Notes under the pieces: model-generated | What the model saw: only the letters and a program-made list of their open reading frames with translations | Told to the model about the DNA's origin: nothing | Database searches by the model: none | Shown: positions 13,793-27,879 of the stretch, in pieces | Layout of the letters: the number at the start of each line of letters is the position of its first letter | How positions within the stretch are numbered: the first letter of the stretch is position 1 | Translations under genes and position numbers: made by a program | Source: Camelus ferus | Lineage: Eukaryota | Direction of reading: 5' to 3' | NCBI RefSeq assembly: GCF_009834535.1 | Contig: NC_045697.1 | Coordinates: forward strand, 26,538,001 to 26,602,000 | Length of the DNA stretch: 64,000 nt

Positions 13793-15477
13793 TGTCAGGT
13801 ATCTCTTTTTGGTGACAAATCATCCCCAAACTCAGTGGCATACAATAACAAACACTTATTCTCATACTCACAGGTCTGTGGCTCTATTCCATGTATATTC
13901 ATCCTGGACCCAGGCTGAAGGGACAATAGCCACTTGGGCCATGTTCTTTTCATTGGAAAGTTCTGGAACTTCAGGAGGGACAATCAGAAACATCCAGTTC
14001 TTCCTAAAGTATATGCCTACAACTGGCCCACTGCCACCTCTGCTCACATTCTTTTGACCAAGTTAAGTTATAATGCCAAATCCAGTAGCAGCAGGGCAGA
14101 TAAATATACTTTTCTGAAGAAAGAGAGATGGAAAACAAGTGAATATTTGCTAAATAATCTACTCTACTACACTCCACTTTCTTTGTTTACAATTATGCAT
14201 GTGTCTTCCCCATGCAAAATACTGCTCCCTAAAGAAGATACTCCAAATATTGCATCCAATCCAATCACGGCATCAGACTTTAAGTCCAGAATACTGTGGA
14301 GGGGAGAAGGAAGAATTTCCACCTAAATCTAAATTCAGTTCCTCTTGATCCAGAGACATAAGAACTGAAGGGGCAAGTTATATGCCCCCACATTGCCTAT
14401 GTGGAAGAGGGACAGAATAACTCCAATGATACTACTATTCAAAAAGCAGAAGACTTTCCAGCACACAGCAGTCACCACTCCCCCAAACTTCTATTATATT
14501 GCTGGAAAATATCACGAGTTTGCCCTACTCTGGGGTGGGTTGTTTTCCTTCATTAAAGTTTTAGTTATTCTGCCAGGAACAGCTCCCTCGTCCATTGTTC
14601 CCCATAGTTCTTGGCTCTGTACTCTGAGAGGTCTTTCCTTTTTCACCATTTTGGACATGTATTTCTGAAATAGGGCAAAGGACAATATATGCCTTTGGGT
14701 GGGAACAAGAGGTCCTTTTTTATCTCAAATAGATCTCTGACTCTTTTTGTTTAGGCTGGCAAATGTTTTGCCAACATAGCTCTTTCAAACACTTGCATCT
14801 CAAGCATAGCTCTCTAGGTATTTGATTCTAGACAATTACATGTGCCCAAATCCATTCCGCAGTTGTTTTCTAAGATAGGCCTCTTTCTATAGATTTAATT
14901 ATGGATACATTGAGTCCTTTGGGCTTTTATAAGACCCTATCCTTAGGTTTCTCTTGGAAGTCTTTTTTCTAATTGAAAGAATCTACTAAATATCCTCATA
15001 AATTCTTCCTGGGTGCTAACAAAGGCTGCACTGGCCACAGCTTTAATTTGGTCTTTAAACTGAAGCAATACCGTAATGGCCACACTTCGGATTTGTTGAG
15101 AAGTAGTGTCATTTACAACACTGTGATTTCTGAATTATTTATCTTCCCTCTAAATTCTGCTTGCAAACAATTTGTTTTTCCTCCAAGCTTCTTTCTTTCT
15201 TGAGTACTTCATCAAATGCAGTTAGTTGCAACTGGCTCCCACTTTCAATGTTTTGCCTCAATAGCACCTAGACCAAATTTACAAGATTATTCACTATATA
15301 TACTTTCTTCTTAGTCAACGCAGGTGCAGTTTTACCAAAATTGTTGCCACTCACTAAAACGGCTCACAATTTTTCCATGTCCAAGGAAAACCCCTTCCTG
15401 CTTACCACTTGTTCCCAAAGTGAATGGCCCACATTTCAGGTTTTAGTAATGTCACCAATCTACTATTAGATGTTTCT
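13793..15477 (-). mobile_element. MaLR LTR (MLT1J/H-like, ~13793-14170) with adjoining MLT1-int internal region
   Basis: ccccaaactcagtggcatacaataac LTR motif; internal-region motifs such as cctcttgatccagagacataagaact. Confidence 0.65.
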
Positions 15478-15495
15478 GTAGCAGAGTATCTGTCA

Positions 15496-15970
15496 TATTA
15501 GTTATCTAATTCTATGTAATAAAGTACAACAAACTTATTAAAATGATACACATTTATTATATCACAGTTTGGGGGAGTCAAGATATGGCTCAGCTGGCCT
15601 CTCGGCTTCAAGCTCCCACATGAAGTTGCATTCACAGTGCCAGGGTAAGGTCTCCCCTAGAGGCTCAACTGCAGGAAAGGCTACCTGCCCATCTGGGTGG
15701 CCGGCAATACTCACTTCCCTGCAGCTGCAGAATTCACAGCAACTTACTTCTTCAAAGCCAGCGATGAAGGGACTCCATCAAGAGAGGTCCTATATATATG
15801 GCCCTATGTAATCTCACACATGTAATCCACATGCATCCCATTACCTTTGCCATCTTTTGTAGAAATAGGTCACAGACCCTGCCCATGCTTAAGGGGAGGG
15901 TATCATAAAGGGATGTGAATACAGGAGATAAAGATCATGGGGGCACTACATCTGCTGTTCACTCACCACC
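15496..15970 (-). mobile_element. MaLR LTR (MLT1F/G-like)
   Basis: tattagttatcta...catttattatatcacagttt...cagaccctgcccatgcttaaggggaggg...atgtgaatacaggag. Confidence 0.7.
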
Positions 15971-15974
15971 ACCA

Positions 15975-16397
15975 ATCTCCTTTCTAAAGGGGCAACTACA
16001 TTCTCAGAATCTTCTAACTAGTATATATGACTCTGGGTTAGAGTTTGCCAGTGAGAGGAACTTCCATATAATTTGGAAAATAGAAGTGAAGTAAAAGCCA
16101 TTATTCGCAGAAGGCTGTAGCACCCAGATGTAGAGACTTTACAGACTTCTTCAGGATCTCTCATGTTTTTCATGGCAGCATCTCAGATTCTCCCGTAAGT
16201 TCTGTCTGCTCCACATACTCCAGTGCTTCTAGCGAAAGTCATTACTGGCTGTTTCTCTGACCCTCTGTCTACCTGTTTTAGACCTTTATTACCTTAGCTT
16301 CTCCTTAATTCATGTAAACTCTAATGTGCATATCAAATATCTTATTCCCATAATAGTTGTGATGGTTCTATTCTTTGACTGAACCCAGATAGACACA
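15975..16397 (+). mobile_element. Old ERVL-type LTR (LTR41/LTR50-like)
   Basis: ctctgggttagagtttgccagtgagagg...tgactgaacccagatagacaca terminus. Confidence 0.55.
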
Positions 16398-16409
16398 TAT
16401 GCACTGCAG

Positions 16410-16572
16410 ACTTAGAATTTCCAAACCTGTGTTACAACTGAATTATCTTGGGAGTAGTTTTTAAAAGCCTGTACTCCAAGTCAGAATCTTTAGGAGGTGG
16501 GCTCTCAGATCTGGATTTTCAAAACAGTTTCCCAGGTGATTTTAATACAAAAATCAGTTTGGGGATCCAATG
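16410..16572. mobile_element. MER5-like hAT-Charlie MITE
   Basis: tcagaatctttaggaggtgggc...ttcccaggtgattttaatac. Confidence 0.7.
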
Positions 16573-16589
16573 AAGTCACATTAACCTGT

Positions 16590-17010
16590 ATATTAGGAGA
16601 TCTGGACCAAAGTCTCAGCTCTTTTATCAGTTAACAATTTGACACTTAATAAGTCACCTAATATCTCTATGTCCCTGTATGTCATGTACAATATTTCCTT
16701 ATATATGAAAAGAGATTAGATTATTTCTAAGGTTCCCACGATCTGAAATTTGATCCTGTGACTCTATTTCAAACACAAATATCTTTATCTGGGTTTTAAT
16801 CCAAGCTGCATAAGTTACTAGATCTGTGACCTTGAGAAGGTCACCTCAATCCTCTAGGCCACAGCTTCCTCATCTTTAAAATGAGGATGGTAATAGCGTC
16901 TACCTCAATGGGTGGTTATGAGTACTAAATTCATTAAGTCATATAGTGTCTGTAAAATATTTAAAATAGTGTCTGGAATATTATAAGCACATTATAAGTG
17001 TTTATTAAAA
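16590..17010 (+). mobile_element. Two adjacent MIR SINEs (~16590-16760, ~16790-17010)
   Basis: MIR core ctgtgaccttgagaaggtcacctcaatcctctaggccacagcttcctcatctttaaaatgaggatggtaatag. Confidence 0.8.
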
Positions 17011-17034
17011 TAAAATTTAGAAGTAATTTGGAGG

Positions 17035-17330
17035 CTAACAAACATTTACTACTGGCACTAATATTCTAAGCTAATAGTATAACATTGTAGGCAACAGGGA
17101 TAGACAACAAATATGGTAAGAACGGTACCTTGTGGAGCTCACAAGCTGATAGGAAAGATACAGATACAAAGAAAGAATTGTAAGAGAATGTGGCAAGTGG
17201 TCCATGTCTAGGGTTCCCTAGGAGCCCTGGAAATGATGAATGAGTTTTGTCTGAAGGGAATAGGGGCAGACTCTCTGAGGAGATGACATTTGAATTGTTT
17301 AAAAGACCACTGTTTGGCGGACAAAGTAGT
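17035..17330 (-). mobile_element. L2 fragment
   Basis: acaaacatttactact...ccttgtggagctcaca...gaggagatgacatttgaatt. Confidence 0.6.
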
Positions 17331-17575
17331 AATCCAAGAGAGTAATTATATATTCACAGAGAGAGAAAGAACAGACTGTCAAAAATATTTTTTCTCGGGC
17401 AATATATAGGCTTTCAAAGTAGATATTTCACGTGAAATATCTGTAACATTGTAGCTAGTTGGAACTGTGATTAGTAGCAGTTATCAGAACACTCAACTTT
17501 GGTGGTTAAATAAGTATGAGAATACACAGCTCAGTCCTGATGAGGTGGCTCAATGACACCTACAAATGCGGACAC

Positions 17576-17675
17576 AGGCAAGGCATCTGCATATGGCTGC
17601 ACAATCTGTGCAGTGCACAATACAAGGGGCCACCAGTGCCATCAACTGCAAAGTAAATCCAATCCTCCAGCCCCT
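17576..17675. mobile_element. MER91-like hAT MITE fragment
   Basis: ctgcacaatctgtgcagtgcacaatacaaggggccacc. Confidence 0.5.
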
Positions 17676-18129
17676 AGTCTTAGGCTCTTTCTATCCTTCG
17701 CATCACCATCCTTAAAATGCAGGGATTGACCCTCATGATGCAAGATGGTTGCTGTATCTCCAGGACCTCATATCTGCCTTCCAGACAGAAAAGCGGGGAA
17801 GGACAAATGGGGTGAAAATGATTTATCCTAATTAGGTTTTGGCTTTTATTCAAAAGTGATGCTCTTCACTGGGACTTTTCCAACATCTCATTGCCCAGAT
17901 CCGTGGCACAACCTGGCTGTTAGTATGGTGGCAAGATGGAGCAAGCAGATTTCCAGAAGATGAAAGTAATAAAGAAGATTTGATTGGAGGTTGACATTTA
18001 TTGACATAACCCATTCCGAGATCATTTTGAGGGAATTATGCAATGTTTTGAGCTTCAAGATTTCTACGTAATATACAGTTGTTAAGAGGCAATAACCTTC
18101 CCCCTGCTTATTTCCTTTTTTTCTACTCT

Positions 18130-18500
18130 GCTTGCATCTATGCACCAGTCACGCTGGACTTCATTTCTTGGACATACCGTGTTCTTCTTTGCTACAAGAT
18201 CTTTGCCTTGCTCTTCCTTCTGTCTGAACCTATTTTCTCCTCTCTTTCCCCTTTCCTAGCTAATTCCTACCCATTACTCAAGTCTCAATTTAAATGCCAC
18301 GTTCAAGGAATTCACACAAACTCCCAGGCCAGGTTAATTCTACATCCAATAACACTGTATACTCAGCACACTTTAAATTCAGTTTCGTATCTGTCTTCTG
18401 CTCTAGTTTGTAAGCTTTATCTAGGAAGGGATTCTGTACTGGCTTACCTACTACCATTGCTGGACAATAATAGAATTTTGCTGACTTTTTGATCAATTGT
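18130..18500 (+). mobile_element. L2 3' fragment
   Basis: ctagctaattcctacccattactcaagtctcaatttaaatgccac...ctagtttgtaagcttt. Confidence 0.7.
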
Positions 18501-20509
18501 TTAATCAAAGAGATGGTAAAATTGTAAGAATTCTTACATGTTTTAGCTTTCCCTAAAATCAACAATGTAATATTATCTATGTGCCACAGGAAATACTTCA
18601 AAATAAACTGACTTCTTCATATCACAAAAATTTAGATGTTAAAAATATACTAATTATTTATAAGAGCCACTGATAGAAGTGTGTCTATATGAGATCATAT
18701 TTTTCAGGGCCACATAAATGGTAACTTTGTCTAAGCGACATCAATTTAATCACCTCTTTTACCCTTAAATCTTTCCCCTGGGGCTACCACTAGTAACTTA
18801 AGAAGAATGTTCATGCCTTTTATCCTTTTAGAAATATGAGTAATTAAAAATTGACTTTCAGGATTTCATGCTTCTTCTTAAATTCAATATCCTGGTCTAG
18901 TTAGTGCATTCCTTGCACACATCATGCCAGTTTCTAAGATAATTTATAATTTTTTTTCATTTATCAAATACACATTTTTTTCTCTACTATATATGAAGTA
19001 TTTCTTCTCTGTGATTTTTAATAAAAATTATTTCAGTGGGGTGAAAAATGCACATATTAACCTCGAATTGCCATATATAGGTTATCTAGAAATGAATTCC
19101 TCATTTCCTAAATAAATTAAACCACTGTAACCATCAAGAATGAACATCAATATGTTGATAATTTTATTATAGTGAATTTTATTGCCTGAAATTTTTGTGA
19201 CACTTCATTAATAGTATGTCTAACATGATAGAAGAAAGGAGGATAAAATTTGAAACCTCTCTTCTGATTATGAAACAAAGGAAATGAATTGTTTATGCTT
19301 TCAGTCATTTATGATCTATTGTTGGTTCTTAAAATCTCTGTCCTTTACTAATTTGCTGGCTTCTGTTTTCCTCTGGTCACCTTTATCTTTAATATAATCA
19401 AAATCGTTAGTCTACTTCATGGAAATCTTTTTCCATAGGGAAATCTGCTCTGTGACTCCATTCTACTTTTCTGAGTTTACAAAATATCCTTTATATCCTC
19501 ATTGCCACAGATGCTGGCTTTGTTGTAATGCAATTAGACAAGAAACAATTAAATGATGCATAAAGAACATCAATGTCAGATTAGGCTCTCAAACTCATTA
19601 GTAGAAAGCACAATGATTACCCCAAAAGAGTATATTTTTGAAGAAGCAATAGTCAATGTACTTTCCACTTATTTCCTATCTCTTTTTAGAAGCAAATAGG
19701 ACAGTACATTATTTGCTTCAGTAATCATGTTTCCAGAAACTAAAAGAAAAGAATCTCATCTATGTCAAGTTATGGTCAAACTCATTTTCTAAATTGAAAA
19801 GAATCTTGAAATTGATGGTACATCAAGCTGTGAAAACGAGTCAAGTGAAAAAGGAAAGCATACAATTAGGCTTGTTTCTGGTTGGCTTGGACACTAGGGA
19901 ACAGAGAAACATAATCAGTAATCTTGAATGTCTAGGGATATACAGGTAAACATCTTTTTATTCTATTCAAAGTTATATCAAGCAAAAAATTAAAGTTTTT
20001 AAAAAGTAATTAACATTAAGTGAAAGCAAGATACTTAGGAGTTTAGAATATTAAACTTCTTGTTAGTTAGCAATTGCTCCTTTGGGATACACATTTGGCC
20101 TCAGTTAAAATGGAGACTGAAAGAACCCAATTTGATTTGCATTGTAACTTCAGTATAAAGCACTTACAATGAAATTCTATTTTCCCAAGCACCTGCTGAG
20201 CCCCATTACTACTTCTGTGGACCAGAGTATCCTCCAATGTACCATATGACTCTTCATTTACTGTTGTTAAAGTACTCCTTATTGCAACTTTGAACAGTAT
20301 ATTTTTTATTATTTTGATGGATCATTTTCAAATTAGAGTTTTAAGTTTATAAGATTTTTTTTGTAAAACTCCCAAATTCTATAATAAAAATTAGATAATT
20401 TTTTAAAATAACACGTAGTATATATAGGATCTGAGATTACACATTTAGGTGTTCCCCTGCTCAAAAGAAATATCTATTTATTTATGTGTAACTATTTTAT
20501 TTTCAGTCC

Positions 20510-20971
20510 TGTATTAGTCAGGGTTCTCCAGAGACACAGAACCTATATGATATATAGAAATACATAAAGATTTATTATGAGGAATTGCCTCAAATGATTA
20601 TGGAGGCTGAGAATTCTATGATATGTCACCTGCACACTAGAGGCCCAGGGAAGCCAGTGGTGTAGTTCCAGTCCAAACCCAAAAGTCTGAGAACTGGGAA
20701 CACCAATGTCCCAGGGCAGGAGAAGATGGACGTTCCAGTTTAAGAAAGAAGAGCAAATACACTCTTCCTCCACCTTTTCTATTCTAATCAAGCCCTCAAT
20801 GGATTGAATGTTGCCCACCAGCACTGGTGAGGACATCTTTACTTGATCTACCTTTTCAAATGCTAATCTCTTCTGGAAACACTCTCACAGACACACCTTC
20901 AGATAATGTTTTACCAGCTATCTGGTTAGCCCTTAGCCTGGTCAAGATGACATGTAAAATTAACCCTCACA
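20510..20971 (-). mobile_element. MLT2 (ERVL) solo LTR, near full length
   Basis: tgtattagtcagggttctccagagacacagaacc ... aaaattaaccctcaca canonical MLT2 termini. Confidence 0.9.
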
Positions 20972-21879
20972 ACTCTCCATTCCTTTGATAACCAAAACAA
21001 CTGTAACCAAGTCAAAAGTGCTTTTAACTTTTTCAAAGTTTATTTATCTCCTTTTCTGTCCTAGAAGTGCATCTAAATCCTTAAGATATATGTAAGCCAA
21101 GGAGTCAGAAGAGGCATTTAGTCCTTGACCATTTTTCATACTTATGGACATCTGCTGAGATGTCTACTTTTACATTTTTGTCTCCATTTAATGATCAACT
21201 TATATCTTTGTAAGCCTTCCTCATACTTACTGATCTGTAAATCTATTCAGGCTTAACTCATCTCTTGAATATGCTCTGGTATTTGCTTACTTATGGTAAT
21301 AATCCAACAAAGAAAAAGAAAAATTCTGATTTAGAAGAGGTGAGAAAATTTGTCAGATAATGTGTTCAGATATCAATGGGGGATAGGAAATAGCACATAA
21401 GTAAAGGCTTTAGTCCTAGAAGTGAGACAGAAAAATTGATTTATTAAAAACAAAAGAGAAGGTAGAGGTTAAAGGGTAGATGTGTTCTGGGAACTTATGG
21501 GAATCCTTTTCTAATTGTTTCTTTTTTCTCAATGTAATGAGAAGGAAGTTCATCCAATACCTGACCATTAAGGTAGTGGAGGACGTGTTTTGTACAACAG
21601 ATGTTAGATATTAGAAGAGAAAAGGAGTAAATTCTCATCTAGGAGATTAGAAACTCAATGGACTACAAATTTTAGGCAATAATCTTATATGTATTTTTTT
21701 CAGCCCCCTTCAGCTTCATGGGGACAAGCATGAGTAGTCTAAAAGCTGAGTGTTACCAAAATTGGTTTAGCCAAGCATGTACAAGGGTGCAAGAGAAAGG
21801 CAAAGGAGTTGAAGGTGTACGTATTCATAAAGATTGATTATACAATATATATATCACTATCTAGCTCTTCCTACAAGTG

Positions 21880-22022
21880 ATTTTAATCATTAGCTTCTGT
21901 CTTTCCTCCCCCATTTGAGCTTTTTAAAGGTAGGAACTAGGCTTTATTTTTATTTGTACCCCTAGCACCCAGCACAGTTTCTGCCAATATGATATTTGTT
22001 GGCTGAGTGAATGGATAAAAGA
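21880..22022 (+). mobile_element. L2 3' tail
   Basis: tttgtacccctagcacccagcacagt...tatttgttggctgagtgaatgg. Confidence 0.7.
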
Positions 22023-22320
22023 ATCTTCTCTTTCATGGCATTTCTTCTTGGTTAGAAATAATCCTTTTATCATTATTACATCAAAATCATTATCTCATTC
22101 TCAAAATCACTTTATTGTAAAAGAAGAATGCTATATCCTCAGCCATCATAACCACAGTTCAAGAAATCAAAATTAGGGAGAAGGGAATATTTTGAAAGTC
22201 CAAAACACCAACTCCTGCTTTCATGCCACTGCTGAGAATTTGGTGACTTTGCCACTTTTAACCACAAGGGAGTCCAGAAAGTACAGTATTTCAGTTAGGC
22301 ATTGGCACTTAAATTTAAAA

Positions 22321-22902
22321 TGGTGAAGATTTTACCCTATTTACAAAAAGATAAGTTATCCTGTCAAAGTTTTATATATAAGTAATGACAGGAGCCTCAT
22401 GGTTTCTGGATCATAATTTCAGACAGCTAATTACTCAGACTGAGTCAGTTCCTCACACTCCAATTTTTCACAAAACAATAGAACTAAGAACTAAGACACT
22501 GCCTGCATACACAATACATGTACATCACAGGAGTCAAAATTATGATACTCTAAGTCAAAATTTTGACTCATGTGAATCAAAATTATGAACGTCAGAGTTT
22601 ATAGAGAGAATTCTGGCATAATTACCCATCTTCCCGTCCAGAAAGAAAAAGACTTTTACTCTGGAATATAAACAAATGTTCTCTGGAGGAGAGAGATGAA
22701 TTAAGGCTTTAGGTTTCTTAACCTGGAAAGCAAGTGATTGTCTTTGGGGAGATATATCTCTATGTCTCTCCTACGATACTATTGCTAGCTCTCAAGACAT
22801 GTTAGCTGTTCACGTATCCTTTAATAAACCTTGTCAGTAATTGCTCAGAAGTCTTCAACCATGCAGAAACATAAAAATATTCATAGAGAATTTCCTCCCA
22901 AC
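22321..22902 (-). mobile_element. ERVL-type solo LTR (LTR40-like)
   Basis: Minus strand starts tgttgggaggaaattctctatgaat...tttctgcatgg; TG...CA termini. Confidence 0.6.
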
Positions 22903-23339
22903 AATTACACATATACACACAAAAATCAGAGTCCTGCTTTTAGTATAAAGAATGGAATGGATATGTTGGTAAACAAATAATGGTTTCTGTGACAATCAGA
23001 ATTTTGAATTAAAATTTTAAATGTTCTTATTATGTTGCATTATTTTAAACATTAAAATTTTACTAGTTTTTAAAATATTGCTTTTCATAGTGAAGTGCTT
23101 TTAGATAAGTCACACAAGTTTTCTGGACCTCAGTGTCATTATTAACAAAATGACCAGGTTTGATTGACTAACCATTAAGACTGCTTACAAATTTAAAAAG
23201 TTATATTTTAAATAAATTGTAAATTAAATATATCTAGACTAGGAATAGGAGACCTTTTATAATACATTTTTTAAAAAATAGATGCTGAGTGACAAAAACA
23301 AATCTATATTGAATTATCTAAAAATGTTTATTATGGTAT

Positions 23340-24870
23340 GTCTAGGTAATTTTTTTTTTTATATTTACTCTGCTTGCAATTTTTAATGCATCCTGATTCT
23401 GTGAAATAAGATTTTTCTTTTTTTATTGAAGCATATTTGACTTATAATATTATGTTACTTTCAGGTGTATAGCAAAGTGATTCAGTTACATATATATTTT
23501 TTCAGATTCTATTTTATATATAGTGGTATGTTATCTGTTAATCCCATACTCCTAATTTATACCTCCCCTTGAGATTTTTCTTAATTAAAACAAATTTTTG
23601 GCCATCATCTGCTAAAATGTGGCTTCTGTCACTTTTTCTCTACCACTCTTTCCTGGACTTGTTATATATATCTAAGACATTTTCACCATATCCCGTTTGT
23701 CTCATACTTACTAGTCTGAATTTTCTTTCATTTTTTACTTCATGTTTCAGTCTATTATTTTCTTTCTTCTGACATATTCTGTAGGTCACTAGTTCTCCCC
23801 TTTAGCTCTTCTGATTTGTTGTAAAATTTCTACTGAGGTATTAATTGATTATATTTTGAATTTCTAGAACTTCCATTTGGTATTTTCATAAATCCTTTTT
23901 GTTCTATATTGAAAATCTTCATCTAGACATTTATTTTCTTATACATGTTAATCTGTATATGCAACTTTGTATATGTATATCTGTGAGTCTATTCCTAGTG
24001 TCTGTTTTATTCTCTTGGTCTTGTCCCCTGGCATGCCCAGTAATTTTTTTACTGTCTGCCAGACATTACATACAAACAATTTTTGAGGCTCTGGAAGACA
24101 ACTATTTTCCATTAATGATGATTTGTTGTTGCTTTGGTAGAGCATTAAAGGTAAAAGTAGATCATTTCAACCCAAAGTTAAAATGATTCCAAAATTTGAC
24201 TTTAATCTTTATAAAGGCTTTTTGTTTGTTTGTTCTTAATCATGTAATTTAGCTATTGAATGTCTTAATTGAATGCGTAAGATATTTGCAAGTGTCTGCT
24301 TTTCTTAGTGGATATTAAACCACATGTTTTGTCTCTCCAATTCTTGTGGGACTTCTAAAATCTTACTTCATCTTCTTGGCTGCTTAGATTCTGCTCTCTG
24401 CTTGAGTTCTTGACTTTTGCCTTGCTCTACTTAACAATCAGAAAATCCCTCAGTGGGAAAAGCAGTCCAAGAATGGGGTTACATTTCTTCTCTCTTCCTT
24501 ACGTTCTTTCTCTCTGAAATTTTCTCCTGCTATAAGTGCTGGCTGCCTTTCCAATCCTGAAAGACCTCAAATTTTGTTTTTTTAGGCCCTTAAGAATGCT
24601 GAAAACTCTGCTCAGATTCTTAGACCTTTAGCTGCCCCTTTTGCTCATCTTATTTTCTCAGACTTGAGACTTAAAAATAGGCAAAATTCCTTGCAAAGCA
24701 AATTGATGTAAAATGTCAGACCCCCCTCAAAGCTCTTCCCTTCTCTCCAAATCTTAGGTTCTTTAGTACTTGGCTGTCTTGACACCACTCTAATTCCTGA
24801 AAACATTTTTTAAAATGTATTTAGCTTTTCTAGTTGTTCTTTTCAGAACTGTTCTGATTCAAGCTAATGA
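23340..24870 (-). mobile_element. Old L1M/HAL1 ORF1 and 5' region fragment
   Basis: T-rich antisense ORF1-like sequence (tttctagaacttccatttggtattttc) and duplicated 5' sub-repeats ~24440-24810. Confidence 0.55.
23420..23571 (-). mobile_element. Short artiodactyl-type L1 3' tail with 11-bp TSD
   Basis: ttttattgaagcatatttgac...ctcctaatttatacctcccc; TSD agatttttctt at 23409-23419 and 23572-23582. Confidence 0.85.
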
Positions 24871-25084
24871 GGAATATTATTTCATATAAATATTTTCAGT
24901 ACAGCCTTTAAGAAGTAGTTAATAACATATGTATATGCCTATTTAATTGTATTATTTTTATTTGTACAAAGCATTATTTAATTCTTATGTTTATAGGAAA
25001 ATTACTTGCCTTGACAGTATATTGCCCTAGATAAAAGGCAAAAGTGTAATCTGTAATTATTTTCTACCTGAGAATTGAAGGTTA

Positions 25085-25265
25085 ATGATAATGATGACTT
25101 ACTAATAAAAGTAACATATATTGCTTACTATAGACCAAGTACTGTCCTAAAGTTTTATATGCTTTAGTTGAATTTTCACAACAACACTGTAAGGTCCTTT
25201 AATTATCTCAACTTAAACAGATGAGGAAATTTTGGCCTAACTTGTCAAATGTTATACACCAGTGC
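25085..25265 (-). mobile_element. MIR SINE
   Basis: ttcacaacaacactgtaagg...aaacagatgaggaaa. Confidence 0.7.
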
Positions 25266-25929
25266 TGTAATGGAACAGGTAGCAGGAATGAAGTAAGGTT
25301 TGTTTGTAGGCATAGTAAATTAAAAGAACGAAGTACAATCTAAGGATGCTTACTGTTTCTGAAAAGATTGTTAAAAATGAACAAATCTTAAATCCTACCA
25401 GAATGAGTTACATGTGACATTTCAAGCCTTGACAGACAAACAAAGGAAGATATTTGGGCAATTCAACAAAAAAATTACTGAGTTCCTACTTTGTTTCAGA
25501 ACACAGAAAAGAAGTAGATCTCAGTCTGGCTTGGAGGGGACCCTGGGATTTCTACAGAAGGACACTCAAACCCCACCTTCCATCCCCCAGTGATCATATT
25601 CACTGTATGTGTCCACAGCCTACACTGAATGGAGTTTCCCTGAGTAGCAAGGTGGATCTTTGACATACTGGCACCTAATCTCATGATTGACCTAATATAT
25701 TTTCAACTAAACAAATTTCTGTAAAACAATGTTTAAAGTAAAAATGCTTAACTGCTAAGATGATAGGGAAAAGGCTTAATAATAGGAAGGTGGGTGGAAA
25801 TTAGTGGAAAACTGTATTTGGTGACTTGCAGCATTGAAATTTCAGCAGGTACCATCCTCTCAATTTCCCAAACTCTGCTCCTCTTAACAAAGTATATTTA
25901 ATACTTTTCTCTTTTTAATACCTTAAATA

Positions 25930-27605
25930 TAAGCTAGAAACAAAATTGTCATTATTTGAAGATGTGATGATTGCCTGTATAAAAAAAAAAGACTCTAAAG
26001 ACAAATTCTTAGAACTAATAAGAAAGTTCAACAAGATTGCTGAATGTACAGCAATGTGCATGTTAGTAGTATTCCTACACACCAGTAATAACTAATTTAA
26101 AAATGTAATGTTTAAAAATGTATCATTAGTGATAACAAAAACTATAAAGATCTGAAAAATAAACCTAGCAAAAGATAAAATGATGAAATGAAAACATTCC
26201 ATTACATAAAATAATGCCTACATTAATGAAAAGATATACTGTATTCACAAATTGGAAGACTCAATATTGTAAGAATGGCCTTTCTTCCTCAACATCTAAC
26301 TACATATTTAATGCATTAGCCGAAGTTCCAATTCTTTTCAGAATTTTAAAAGGTAGTCCTAAAGTGCTACATAAAGTGCTAGGAAAAACCTCATCAATTT
26401 TGAAAAAGAAAGGGTATATGTTCTCTCAAATATCATGGCATAGTATCAATCTGTAATTTAATTATCATGGTATTACTATAGGAGACAGACACACCAGTGG
26501 AATAGAACTGAAAGCCTGAAACTGGACCATTTACATGGGAATTGGGTAGTTGACAGAGATGAATTATATGTTAATGGGAAAAAAAATGCACAGTTCAATA
26601 AATGATGCTGAACAACTGGTCATCTACTTGGAAGATGATCAAATTGGATGCAAACCTCACATCATATACAAAAATAAATTCCAGAAAAATGGAAGACTTA
26701 AACAGAAGAAGCAAATACGTAAACACTCCTGAAGTACACAGACAGCATATGACTTTGGGGTAGGGAGTAAGTTATTAAACAAGGTGCAAAATGTATAAAC
26801 TAAAATGAAAGATCGATAAATCTGGCTATATTAAAATTATTTTTTTCATTAAAAAGCAACCAAAGTTAAAGTACAGACCACAGACTTGAAAATGGATTTT
26901 CATTGTGTAGAATAAACAAAAATTAGTATTCAGAATATGTAAAGCACTCCAATATAAATAAGAAAAACAATCTCACAGAAAAAATGGGCAAAGAGATATG
27001 AACAGTTTCCAGATGAACAAAAATTAATATTCAATAAACATCTGGAAAAAAGCTCAAATTTATTATTGAAAATATAAATTTTTAAAAATGATACCTATTG
27101 GATTGGTAACATTTTAAAAGTCTGTTACATGACATAACATGGATGTATGTATAACATTTATGTATATATGTATACATATATACACATATACATATATGTT
27201 TAATCCTATGTGCATATATATATACAAACATACACACATACTTCATCCTGTCTTCTAACAGACTTTTCAATATATATAAAACTAGTGTACAACTTAGAAA
27301 TAAAGCCAAATATGTGAAAAACCTAACCATTTTACATATCAATTAGGAAAGATAACAAATATTTCACAGAAATAATATATACCAATTTCAAGGTACTGAA
27401 TCTCCAGAAAAATTAACAGAAGACATGCAGAAAGAATGGAGGTGATTTTTAGTTGTATCTATAAGGTTTATTTCTGTTATTTTAAAATAAAGAGATCAGA
27501 AGTAAAACCATGAAAATGTTTATATCTATTAAGTCCAGATGGGATGCACATTAGTCCTATTATATTCTCAATTCTCTATTTGAAATATTTCACACATTAA
27601 ATATA
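25930..27605 (+). mobile_element. Old L1ME ORF2 3' part and 3'UTR (degenerate), with a (TATACA)n tract at ~27140-27240
   Basis: ttagaactaataagaaagttcaacaagattgctg, ttggaagactcaatattgtaagaatg, gaaaaaatgggcaaagagatatgaacag; no intact frame. Confidence 0.85.
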
Positions 27606-27879
27606 TTAATTAAAACCATGAATTACAAACCACTTTTAAGGAACTGAAGAAACATCACATACCTTGAGTGTGGAAAGACAAAAAATGGCTAAAAAATTTA
27701 TAAATTACACAAGTGCCTATGTTAGTGGATACAATTTTAAAATAAATTCACACTTTATATTTTATAAAATAATCCAAATATTTTAATATTATATTGTATT
27801 CTCATGGCAATAACTTTTCTATAGTAGAGTACAAACATTTCCCAAGGCATAAAAATCCCCCCATGTTATGCACCTTGCA

